Source: Candidatus Micrarchaeota archaeon
Lineage (GTDB): Archaea > Micrarchaeota > Micrarchaeia > Norongarragalinales > SBBD01
Direction: 5' to 3'
NCBI GenBank assembly: GCA_043806595.1
Contig: JAZDGU010000017.1
Location: 1-15,139, forward strand
DNA: 15,139 nucleotides
The notes beneath the pieces were generated by a model. That model saw only the letters and a list, made by a program, of their open reading frames with translations. It was not told the origin of the DNA and did no database searches. A program made the position numbers and the translations under genes. Shown here one piece after another: positions 7,559 through 14,858 of the stretch. Within the stretch, counting starts at the first letter, position 1, and the number at the start of each line of letters is the position of its first letter.

Positions 7559-8563
7559 ATGGAGCGGCAGACCGAGAGCAGGAAGTCCGACCACGTGCGC
7601 ATCGCGCTCAACGAGGACGTGCAGGCGCTCACCAAGCCCGGCGGCTTGGATTCCGTGGATTTCCTGCACTTTTCGCTTCCGGAAATGGACTTCGCGGACA
7701 TCGACGCTTCCGTCTCATTCCTCGGCAGGAGGTTCTCCGCCCCGTTCATGGTTTCCTCCATGACCGGCGGCTATCCCGGCGCCGAAAGAATAAACAGGGA
7801 CCTCGCCGCCGCGTGCGCGAAGGCGGGCATAGGCCTCGGCCTCGGCTCCCAGCGAGCGATGCTGGAAAACCCTTCCCTCAGTAAGACATTCTGCGTGCGG
7901 GACATCGCCCCCAAGATCTTCCTCGGCGCTAACATCGGAGCAGTCCAGCTTCGGGACTACGGCGTGAAGAAGATCGAGTCCGTGGTCTCGGCGGTAGAGG
8001 CCGACGCGCTGTTCGTCCACCTGAACCCGCTGCAGGAGGCAGTCCAGCCCGAGGGCGACAGGCACTGGAAGGGCTGCCTTGCGGCAATAGGCAAGGCGTG
8101 CGACTCCCTGCCGGTGCCCGTCATCGCGAAGGAGACCGGCGCGGGCGTCAACGCGGAGGTCGCAAGGGAGCTTGTCGATGCCGGCGTCAAGGCAATCGAC
8201 GTCAGCGGCGCCGGAGGGACCTCGTGGAGCGCGATCGAGCTTTACCGGAAAGGCGCCGAGGCCGGCCGCGTGTTCTGGGACTGGGGCGTGCCGACCGCGG
8301 AGTGCCTGCGCGACTGCTCGAAGGCCGTCAAAATCCCTCTCATCGCCAGCGGCGGAATCCGTTCCGGGCTTGACGCGGCAAAGGCAATCCGGCTCGGCGC
8401 CACGCTCGCTTCCGCGGCGCTTCCCTTCATCAAGGCGCAGCAGCAGGGCGGGGAAAAGGCAGTCGTGGCAGAAATCGAGCGGTTCCGCAACGAGCTGAAG
8501 ATGGCGATGTTCCTCACGCGCTCGAAAAACCTCGCGCAACTGAGGAAAGCCGCACTGAGGTGA
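7559..8563 (+). CDS. fni: Type 2 (FMN-dependent) isopentenyl-diphosphate delta-isomerase
   Basis: Motifs SRKSDH, SSMTGG, GLGSQR, ANIG, HLNPLQE..QPEGD, KETGAG, GAGGTSW and ASGGIRSG. Confidence 0.96.
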   Translation: MERQTESRKSDHVRIALNEDVQALTKPGGLDSVDFLHFSLPEMDFADIDASVSFLGRRFSAPFMVSSMTGGYPGAERINRDLAAACAKAGIGLGLGSQRAMLENPSLSKTFCVRDIAPKIFLGANIGAVQLRDYGVKKIESVVSAVEADALFVHLNPLQEAVQPEGDRHWKGCLAAIGKACDSLPVPVIAKETGAGVNAEVARELVDAGVKAIDVSGAGGTSWSAIELYRKGAEAGRVFWDWGVPTAECLRDCSKAVKIPLIASGGIRSGLDAAKAIRLGATLASAALPFIKAQQQGGEKAVVAEIERFRNELKMAMFLTRSKNLAQLRKAALR

Positions 8564-10062
8564 CCCCGCGAGTGGGCGAATTGCCGTTCATTCCTCCCAA
8601 GGAAGTGTCCCGGCAGGAAATGCTTGATATCGTGCCGGGGCATATCCGTGAAAGCCCCCTCTTTCTTGAATCCATCGGCATCGCAGAGAAAGCGCACGAG
8701 TTCCAGAGACGTGAGTCTGGCTATCCCGTGCTCGAGGGCCACATATTCCAGTCTGTGTTCCTCCTTGCCAAGCTTTCGCAGATGCTGAAACTCGACGTGC
8801 CGGCATTCGTGTACTCCTCGCAGCTCCTACACGACTCGCTCGAGGACACAAGCCCCGACAAACTGCCGCGGGGCAGGCGCAAGGAGGCCAGAGCCAGGCA
8901 CAAGGAGGTGCTCGCGGACATCGCGGCGCTTTCCCGGTTCGAGGACGGCGGCCTAGTGCTCCCCTTCGTGCGGACTCTGACCCGGCCATCGGAACGGCGG
9001 TTTTCCGCGGCACGGAGGGTGTCCGCCAAAGAGATTAGGGACCGCTATTATGAGACCGTCCTGCTGGTCGGAGGCCACAAGTCAGTCAAGCCGGAGGTGA
9101 TGGAAAAGATAGGGCACTGGATACCCCTCGTGAAGGGCTCCGACAGCGGCTCAAACCTTTTTTCCCCTATCCTGACTCCGGAAGCCAAGAGGAGGCTGCT
9201 GTACAAGGCGGAATACTACAACGAGCTGCTCGCCGCATACCCGCAGGCGCAGGACTTGCACAGCGAATGGATAACATGGGCGCGCAGGCAGCCGCCGGCG
9301 CGCGCACGCACTTGGATCAACCGCGAGGACCGCGACAAGCCACTGCCGGCAAGAAGGGTGGACGTTCTTCCCTCCGGCCTTACCGTAGTGCGCGGGGCGT
9401 ACAGCACGGCATTGCTCTGGGCGAACACCGGCGGCGACCTGTCCCGCTACCTTTTGGAGAACATTAACATCCGCAAGGCATTTCTACGGAGCCGGCCGAG
9501 GAAGGACATGCTTGCCTTTAGGGGGAACGTCATAGCCCACGTGGGCTTCGGACCCGAAAAGCAGGTGGTGGTCTACAAGCCGAGACGGCACAAGGCCGAC
9601 CCCGTCATGGAGGCCATTGTGCTCCACGAGTTCCAGAAGATAATCCGCAGGACTCCCGGGCTGCGCGGCAGATTCGCAGCAGAAACGCCTTTCGGCATAG
9701 TCGTCGACCATACCAAGAGGCGGCCCGAGCTGCACCTGCTGGTCGAACCCGCGCCGGAAGGCTCAGACTACCGCGGGATATCCGAGGCAACCTTCAAGTC
9801 GGTTGCGGACCATTTGAGGCAAGCTGGCTTCCGGTGGGGGCCAAAGTCGTTCCACTACGAGCGAAACGTGCTTTCCTTGCGCGGGGCTCATACCCTCGTC
9901 GGGGTCGACTTCATCCGCCATGTCGACAAGGCAGGCTTCGTTTCGCGCAAGCAGTCCGAAATGCCGTGGGTGAAGGACCTCCAGCGCCTCGTCGCCGAAT
10001 ACCGCAGGAAGAGGCTCTCGCAGGTAGGCATCGGGGAGTCTTCGGGCCTGATGGAGCCTTGA
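8560..10062 (+). CDS. Hypothetical protein: N-terminal RelA/SpoT (Mesh1-like) HD domain plus a possible degenerate kinase-like C-terminal domain
   Basis: The GTG start overlaps the fni stop (GTGA). HD motifs: AEKAHEFQRRESG.P...H, LLHDSLEDT, VRTLT, LVKGSDSGSN. C-terminal kinase-like pattern: VVVYK, ME, ETPFG, LLVE, RNVL, VGVDF. Confidence 0.65.
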   Translation: MTPRVGELPFIPPKEVSRQEMLDIVPGHIRESPLFLESIGIAEKAHEFQRRESGYPVLEGHIFQSVFLLAKLSQMLKLDVPAFVYSSQLLHDSLEDTSPDKLPRGRRKEARARHKEVLADIAALSRFEDGGLVLPFVRTLTRPSERRFSAARRVSAKEIRDRYYETVLLVGGHKSVKPEVMEKIGHWIPLVKGSDSGSNLFSPILTPEAKRRLLYKAEYYNELLAAYPQAQDLHSEWITWARRQPPARARTWINREDRDKPLPARRVDVLPSGLTVVRGAYSTALLWANTGGDLSRYLLENINIRKAFLRSRPRKDMLAFRGNVIAHVGFGPEKQVVVYKPRRHKADPVMEAIVLHEFQKIIRRTPGLRGRFAAETPFGIVVDHTKRRPELHLLVEPAPEGSDYRGISEATFKSVADHLRQAGFRWGPKSFHYERNVLSLRGAHTLVGVDFIRHVDKAGFVSRKQSEMPWVKDLQRLVAEYRRKRLSQVGIGESSGLMEP

Positions 10063-10092
10063 GCTGTTGCGCGATTCGTCTGGCGCAGAGGC

Positions 10093-10470
10093 TCAGCCCC
10101 TCGCGGGACTCCGCTTTTTCACCGAGTATCCGAGGTAGGCCAGCAGTATGCCGATTATCGCCGCGGAGACGAGAAGCATCGGCGAGTAGACGTTGTGCGC
10201 CCCGGCCTCGAGCAGCATTTGGTAGTTGACCGCGAGGAATGACGCATGCAGTATGCCGTAGAGCGATGCCCCGGAGAAGCCGCGGGGGTCGCCCTTCCAG
10301 CACCAGTAGGCCAGCACTATGGGCGCGAGCAGTAGCGCAGCTGTGATGCCGATCATCCGTCCGAGGAACTCCTGCGAGCCGTAAGGGTTCGGGGCGTACA
10401 GCATCCACACAATGTTGCCCAGCACCAGCAGTACGAGCAGAACCACGACGCGCCTTGCCTCCTCTCTCAC
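10093..10470 (-). CDS. Hypothetical integral membrane protein (~4 TM helices)
   Basis: 125 aa with four hydrophobic segments; lies 19 nt downstream of the DUF59 gene on the same strand. Confidence 0.7.
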   Translation of the reverse strand: MREEARRVVVLLVLLVLGNIVWMLYAPNPYGSQEFLGRMIGITAALLLAPIVLAYWCWKGDPRGFSGASLYGILHASFLAVNYQMLLEAGAHNVYSPMLLVSAAIIGILLAYLGYSVKKRSPARG

Positions 10471-10489
10471 CTTCCCACCCCATATTCTC

Positions 10490-10804
10490 TCAAAAAGTCG
10501 ACTGCCGCAGGAGTGAAAGCTCCTCGCGGCCCTCTTCCGTCACCATATCCTGCGTCCAAGGGGGAGTAAAGGTTATCTCCACCTCGACCTTGCGCACGCC
10601 CCCGAGCCCCGCGACCGCTGCCTTGATCTCGCCCATTATCTGCGGGCCGAGCGGGCATCCCGGGTACGTCAGCGTCGCCAGCACCTTCACGCTCCCCTCC
10701 TTCTCCGTGACTTCGTAAATCAGCCCGAGGTCGACTATGTTGACCCCGATTTCCGGGTCGTGCACGTTCTTCAGGGCCTCGCGTATCTCTGCTACGGTTG
10801 CCAT
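10490..10804 (-). CDS. DUF59 / SufT / PaaD-like Fe-S cluster assembly protein (MIP18 family)
   Basis: Motifs V.DPEIGVNIVDLGLIY, TLTYPGCP and F.PPWT. Confidence 0.93.
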   Translation of the reverse strand: MATVAEIREALKNVHDPEIGVNIVDLGLIYEVTEKEGSVKVLATLTYPGCPLGPQIMGEIKAAVAGLGGVRKVEVEITFTPPWTQDMVTEEGREELSLLRQSTF

Positions 10805-10827
10805 ACGGCCTTATTCGGCTTGCGGCG

Positions 10828-10878
10828 TATAAATGTCTTGCGTTCGCAGGACCGCGGCGGGAACAGCAATATTTTAAT
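10828..10878. promoter_or_regulatory. Divergent archaeal TATA boxes (DUF59 gene on minus strand; GGR gene on plus strand)
   Basis: Minus-strand ATTTATA (10828-10834) is ~24 nt before start 10804. Plus-strand TTTTAAT (10872-10878) is ~30 nt before ATG 10908. Confidence 0.5.
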
Positions 10879-10907
10879 GCTTGCCCGCCCATTCAATTCC
10901 GATTCCC

Positions 10908-12143
10908 ATGGCAGGCGTTTACGATGTCATAGTCGTCGGCGGCGGCCCCGGCGGAAGCTCCTGCGCCTCGCTTCTAGGCATGAAGGGCGTGAGGGTGCTG
11001 CTGGTCGACAAGGCCTCGTTCCCGCGGGACAAGACGTGCGGCGACGCCGTCAGCGGCAAGAGCGCCACGGTTCTCCGCGAGCTCGGCCTCATCCACGAGG
11101 TCGAGAAGCTCAGGAACGCGCCCGTCCTCGGAACCACATTCTCCTCGCCGGAGGGCGTCATCGTCGAGGTCCCCTTCCCGCTGAACAAGGAGGGAAAGCC
11201 GCAGGGGTACGTCTGCAGGCGAATGGACTACGACAACATGCTCTTCACCAACGCAAGGAAGGTCCTGGGCGAGAAGAACGTCTGGGAGCGCTTCATGGTC
11301 ACCGACGTCCTCAAGGACGAGAAGGGCTTTGTCACCGGCGTAACAGGCACCGACCTCAAGACCGGCAGGCAGAAGGAAGTGCGCGCCAAGATCGTCGTCG
11401 GCGCCGACGGCGCGACCTCCGTCGTCGCTTCAAAGCTCGGCCTCGGCAAGCTCGACCCCCGGCACCACTGCGTCGCGCTCCGCGGATACTACCAGGGCAT
11501 TACCGGCATGAAGAACAACATCGAGATACACTTCGTGGAAGAAGTGATTCCCGGCTACTTCTGGATATTCCCGTTGGACGACGGCTACGCAAACGTCGGC
11601 GTAGGCATGCTTACCTCCGACGTGAACGCGCGCAAGACCAACCTCAAGCAGGCGATGCTCGACGTCATCGAGAAGTCGCCCCTGTTCGCGCCGCGCTTCA
11701 AGAACGCCAAGCTCGTCGGCGAGATCAAGGGCTGGAACCTGCCGTTCGGCTCGCACCACCGCAGGGCGCACGGCGACGGTTTCGTGCTGCTTGGCGACGC
11801 CGCATCCCTTATCGACCCTTTCAGCGGTGAAGGCGTCGGAAACGCCATGACCTCCGCAAGCTACGCCGTTCCAGTCATCGAGAAGGCGCTCAAGTCGGGC
11901 GACTACTCCGCCAAGGCGCTCAAGGAATACGAGGACAAACTCTGGGACCGCGTGGCGGGCGAGCTCTCCAACTCCTACAAGCTGCAGAAGCTCGGGAAGA
12001 ACCGGTGGCTGTTGAACTGGGTCATCAGGCGCGCGAGCCGCAAGCCCCGGATCCGCGAGGCCCTCAGCGCCATGCTTTCAAACAACGAGGAGAAGAAGCA
12101 GCTCTCCTCGCCGTGGTTCTACCTTCGCATGCTCTTCATGTGA
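10908..12143 (+). CDS. Geranylgeranyl reductase family FAD-dependent oxidoreductase (411 aa)
   Basis: Motifs YDVIVVGGGPGG, FPRDKTCGD, VVGADG, PGYFWIFP and LLGDAASLIDPFSGEGVGNA. ATG 10908 is preferred over TTG 10881. Confidence 0.9.
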   Translation: MAGVYDVIVVGGGPGGSSCASLLGMKGVRVLLVDKASFPRDKTCGDAVSGKSATVLRELGLIHEVEKLRNAPVLGTTFSSPEGVIVEVPFPLNKEGKPQGYVCRRMDYDNMLFTNARKVLGEKNVWERFMVTDVLKDEKGFVTGVTGTDLKTGRQKEVRAKIVVGADGATSVVASKLGLGKLDPRHHCVALRGYYQGITGMKNNIEIHFVEEVIPGYFWIFPLDDGYANVGVGMLTSDVNARKTNLKQAMLDVIEKSPLFAPRFKNAKLVGEIKGWNLPFGSHHRRAHGDGFVLLGDAASLIDPFSGEGVGNAMTSASYAVPVIEKALKSGDYSAKALKEYEDKLWDRVAGELSNSYKLQKLGKNRWLLNWVIRRASRKPRIREALSAMLSNNEEKKQLSSPWFYLRMLFM

Positions 12144-12144
12144 G
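12102..12144 (+). repeat. Direct repeat copy 1 (3' end of the GGR gene); perfect 18-bp core GCATGCTCTTCATGTGAG at 12127-12144
   Basis: Matches 13045-13087 at 34 of 43 positions without gaps; the last 18 are identical. Confidence 0.9.
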
Positions 12145-12198
12145 CCGCGTTCGCAGCCCTCCCGCACCATAGCCAGCGGAAACGCGGTTCCGGAATGC

Positions 12199-12229
12199 TT
12201 ATAATACCAAACGCGTATATTGTTATACG
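12199..12229 (+). promoter_or_regulatory. TATA box and palindromic operator upstream of the UPF0175-PIN operon
   Basis: TTATAATA (12199-12206) is followed by the inverted repeat CGTATA-ttgt-TATACG (12214-12229), just before the start codon. Confidence 0.6.
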
Positions 12230-12234
12230 GTGGG

Positions 12235-12543
12235 ATGATGGGAGAACTTATCGCGTTCCGGCTTTCGGATGACGTCGGGAAGGAGCTCCGGCGGCTGTCG
12301 CGCGAGGAAGGCTCCGACCGTTCTGCGCTCCTACGCGAACTGATTGACTTGGGCCTTCAGGAAAAGCGCGTCGAAAAGGCGGTAGGGCGCTATCGGAACG
12401 CCCGGGTGAGCGCAGGCCGGGCGGCACAAGAGGCCGGTGTGTCGCTGTGGCGCTGGCTCGAGATATTGGAGGAGCGCGGTGTCGAATCGCACTACGGTAG
12501 ACGCGACCTTGAAGCCGACGTTGTTGCCGCAAAAAGGGGTTAG
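12235..12543 (+). CDS. UPF0175-family antitoxin with N-terminal ribbon-helix-helix (CopG-like) domain
   Basis: N-terminal IAFRLSDD...LRRL..EEG.DRSALLRELID.GL (RHH). C-terminal AV.RY....VSAGRAAQEAGVSLW.W.EILEERGV (UPF0175). Start is ATG 12235 or 12238. Confidence 0.85.
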   Translation: MMGELIAFRLSDDVGKELRRLSREEGSDRSALLRELIDLGLQEKRVEKAVGRYRNARVSAGRAAQEAGVSLWRWLEILEERGVESHYGRRDLEADVVAAKRG

Positions 12544-12547
12544 CCGC

Positions 12548-13039
12548 ATGCCTTGCGTTTGCGACTCGTCCACTGTTATCTTCTTGGCCAAAGCCGGCAG
12601 GCTCGACCTTCTCAAGAAGCTTTTCTCCCGGGTTTTCATCCCCCCTGCAGTGCACCGCGAGGTTGTTGTGGCGGGACGCGGGGAAGGCCGTCCTGAGGTC
12701 GCTTTGGTCGAGACGGCTTTGAAAGAAAAATGGTTCGCACTCCGTCATCCACGCAAGAAATCCGGTTTCAACGAATTGGGCGTCGGGGAAGCGGAATCCA
12801 TCGCCTTGGCCAAGGAACTTGATGCAGTTTTGTTGATTGACGACGCAGTTGCCAAGACTGTTGCCCTGGCCAACGGCGTAACGGCTCACGGAACGCTTTA
12901 CCTCATACTGCGCTGTGTCAGGGAAAAAAAGATTTCGAAGGACGAAGCGACTGCGCTTTTAAGAAATCTTGTTGAAGCAGGCTTCAGGATCTCCCCCGAG
13001 GTGTATTCCCTAGCCTACGAGGCCATCCTACGCCTTTAG
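12548..13039 (+). CDS. PIN-domain protein (DUF3368 / COG2405 type), putative VapC-like toxin (163 aa)
   Basis: Motifs VCDSSTVIFLAK.GRLDLL, IPPAV..EV, LGVGEAESIALA, LLIDD, GTL..L and GFRIS. ATG 12548 lies 4 nt after the antitoxin stop. Confidence 0.9.
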   Translation: MPCVCDSSTVIFLAKAGRLDLLKKLFSRVFIPPAVHREVVVAGRGEGRPEVALVETALKEKWFALRHPRKKSGFNELGVGEAESIALAKELDAVLLIDDAVAKTVALANGVTAHGTLYLILRCVREKKISKDEATALLRNLVEAGFRISPEVYSLAYEAILRL

Positions 13040-13044
13040 GGACC

Positions 13045-13087
13045 CACTCTTCGCCCCTCTTCCACCTCTGCATGCTCTTCATGTGAG
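13045..13087 (+). repeat. Direct repeat copy 2: degenerate relic of the GGR 3' end
   Basis: Translates HSSPLFHLCMLFM* versus LSSPWFYLRMLFM* at the GGR C-terminus; identical 18-bp core at 13070-13087. Confidence 0.9.
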
Positions 13088-13137
13088 GGCCAACCCGATT
13101 CCGCGGGGGCCGCTCGCGCCTCTAAAGCGCATGCAAT

Positions 13138-14253
13138 TTATCTTCCTCCCCTGTGCCCGCGCAGCCATTCCCAGCCGTGCCGCATCTTCGGCAGGCCCCG
13201 TGCCGGCGGCCACACGAGCCTTCCCGTATAGTCGTATATCGGGATGGCGTGCCCCGGGTCCCGTTTCCAAATCGCGGCCAACCTCTTCGCGGTCTCGCGC
13301 GCGGCGTGCACCGACGGCTCGATGACGACCAGCCCCATCCTCGGGTCGCCGCCTCGGGTGCTTATCTCCCCCCAGGCCTGGTTGTATTGTGCAGGGAACG
13401 CCCTGTAGCTCGAGGGGTGGACCAGCAGCAGGGAATTGTAGGCGTACGGCCATCCCGGCGAAGGCCTGCTGGAAGAAACGAGGCCCTTGAGCGCCATGTC
13501 AAGGTATTCGTAGACCCTCTCATTCCAGAACAACTGCCTGACCTCCCCGCGCGACCCGTATGCAATCCCTTCAGGTCTCGGCATCCTGAAGTAGGCCGCC
13601 GCCCTCATCATCCCGTCATACTCCGCCTCCCTTCTCCCGAACCGGGGGTCCTCGAAGACCTTCTTGAGCGCAACGGCCAGCGTCGGCGCGTACGCCGCTC
13701 CCGCAAGCGCCATCGCGCGGTGCCTCGTCATCCCCTCGTCTGTGAATTCCCTTCTTGGCGGGCCCGGGATGTACCGCTGGAGCCGTATGCCCCTGCCCAG
13801 AAGTCTGGCGTATTCCTCGGGTCCTTCGGGAAGGTTTTCGGCGATTGCGCGCAGGTGCCCGTCGTCCAGAATCGCCTTCCGCAATTCCCCCGCTCCCCTC
13901 CTTCCCCGCTTGAGGTATTTTTCGCGAAGGCCGGCCAGCCTCTTGAGATAACTGTCCGCCTCTTCCGTTCTCGACCACATCCCGCTGATAGCCGCATTTC
14001 TGTCGGCATGGGGGGAAATCACGCGAGCCCACAATTGCCGAAACGCGCTGTCCTGTCTTCCCGTCCCGGATTCAAGCTCCTCCTCCGCCTCGAACAGGTT
14101 CGCTTCAGCCCCTTCCAAGAGCCGGGGCGTCGCGATGCGCTCGGCCGGGTAGTGGTCGACGTACCTGATGCCGAGGCTGCGAAGCCCGATTAGTTCCTTG
14201 TGCCTTGCAAGCGCAGCCTTTTCCGCTTCCGCCATCCCCTTTGACATAAGCAT
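13138..14253 (-). CDS. Arg-rich hypothetical protein ending in a PIYDxxGxLxWP motif
   Basis: Long minus-strand ORF filling the gap between genes. Likely start is ATG 14253, 14247 or 14235, since a minus-strand TTAAAAA at 14277-14283 precedes them; the ORF-track start 14328 overlaps the PduO gene. Confidence 0.65.
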   Translation of the reverse strand: MLMSKGMAEAEKAALARHKELIGLRSLGIRYVDHYPAERIATPRLLEGAEANLFEAEEELESGTGRQDSAFRQLWARVISPHADRNAAISGMWSRTEEADSYLKRLAGLREKYLKRGRRGAGELRKAILDDGHLRAIAENLPEGPEEYARLLGRGIRLQRYIPGPPRREFTDEGMTRHRAMALAGAAYAPTLAVALKKVFEDPRFGRREAEYDGMMRAAAYFRMPRPEGIAYGSRGEVRQLFWNERVYEYLDMALKGLVSSSRPSPGWPYAYNSLLLVHPSSYRAFPAQYNQAWGEISTRGGDPRMGLVVIEPSVHAARETAKRLAAIWKRDPGHAIPIYDYTGRLVWPPARGLPKMRHGWEWLRGHRGGR

Positions 14254-14318
14254 TCCAGGGAAATTGTATGCAGTGCTTTTTAACGCCTTCCGCCTAATAC
14301 CCCCTAAAGGTCTTGCAG

Positions 14319-14858
14319 ATGCCCGCATACACGCGAACCGGCGACGACGGCACCACCGCGCTCTTCGGCGGCCGCCGGGTTCTCAAATCCTCCATCCGCA
14401 TGCGGGCAATCGGCGACGTCGACGAGCTCAGCGCGTGCATCGGCCTCGCCCGCAGCCTAGCCGGCAAGACAGGACACGACGCCGTGCTGCCCCGCATCCA
14501 GGAGCTGCTTTTCGTCGCAGGCGCCGACCTCGCCACGCCCATGGATTTTCCCTCCAAGATTAAACGGATAGGCCTGGAGGAGACCAAGTGGCTGGAACAG
14601 CAGGCCGACGCAGCCGACAAGCCGCTCAAGCCCCTCAAGAACTTCATCCTCCCCGGCGGGTCGGCGCAGGCGTCGGTGCTGCATTACGCCCGGACCGTCT
14701 GCAGGCGCGCGGAGCGTTGCGTCGCGGCCCTTGCCGAGAAGGAAGTGTGCAATACAAAGCTTCTGCCGTTCCTCAACCGGCTCTCCAGCCTGATTTTCGT
14801 GCTTGCGCGGCAAGCGAATGCTGAGGATGGCGTCAAGGAAGACGAGTGGAAGCCTTAG
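14319..14858 (+). CDS. PduO-type ATP:cob(I)alamin adenosyltransferase
   Basis: Motifs YTRTGDDGTT, R..A.GDVDEL, IQ..LF..GADLATP, FILPGG, ARTVCRRAER and FLNRLS. Confidence 0.93.
   Translation: MPAYTRTGDDGTTALFGGRRVLKSSIRMRAIGDVDELSACIGLARSLAGKTGHDAVLPRIQELLFVAGADLATPMDFPSKIKRIGLEETKWLEQQADAADKPLKPLKNFILPGGSAQASVLHYARTVCRRAERCVAALAEKEVCNTKLLPFLNRLSSLIFVLARQANAEDGVKEDEWKP

Noticed and set aside
12145..12187. Inverted repeat CCGCGTT...AACGCGG after the GGR stop
   Set aside because: 7-bp arms with a 29-nt spacer in GC-rich DNA and no U-tract; too weak to call a terminator or element end.
12102..13087. Imperfect repeat pair as a diversity-generating retroelement TR/VR
   Set aside because: Only 43 bp long, mismatches are not confined to adenines on either strand, and there is no reverse transcriptase in the window.
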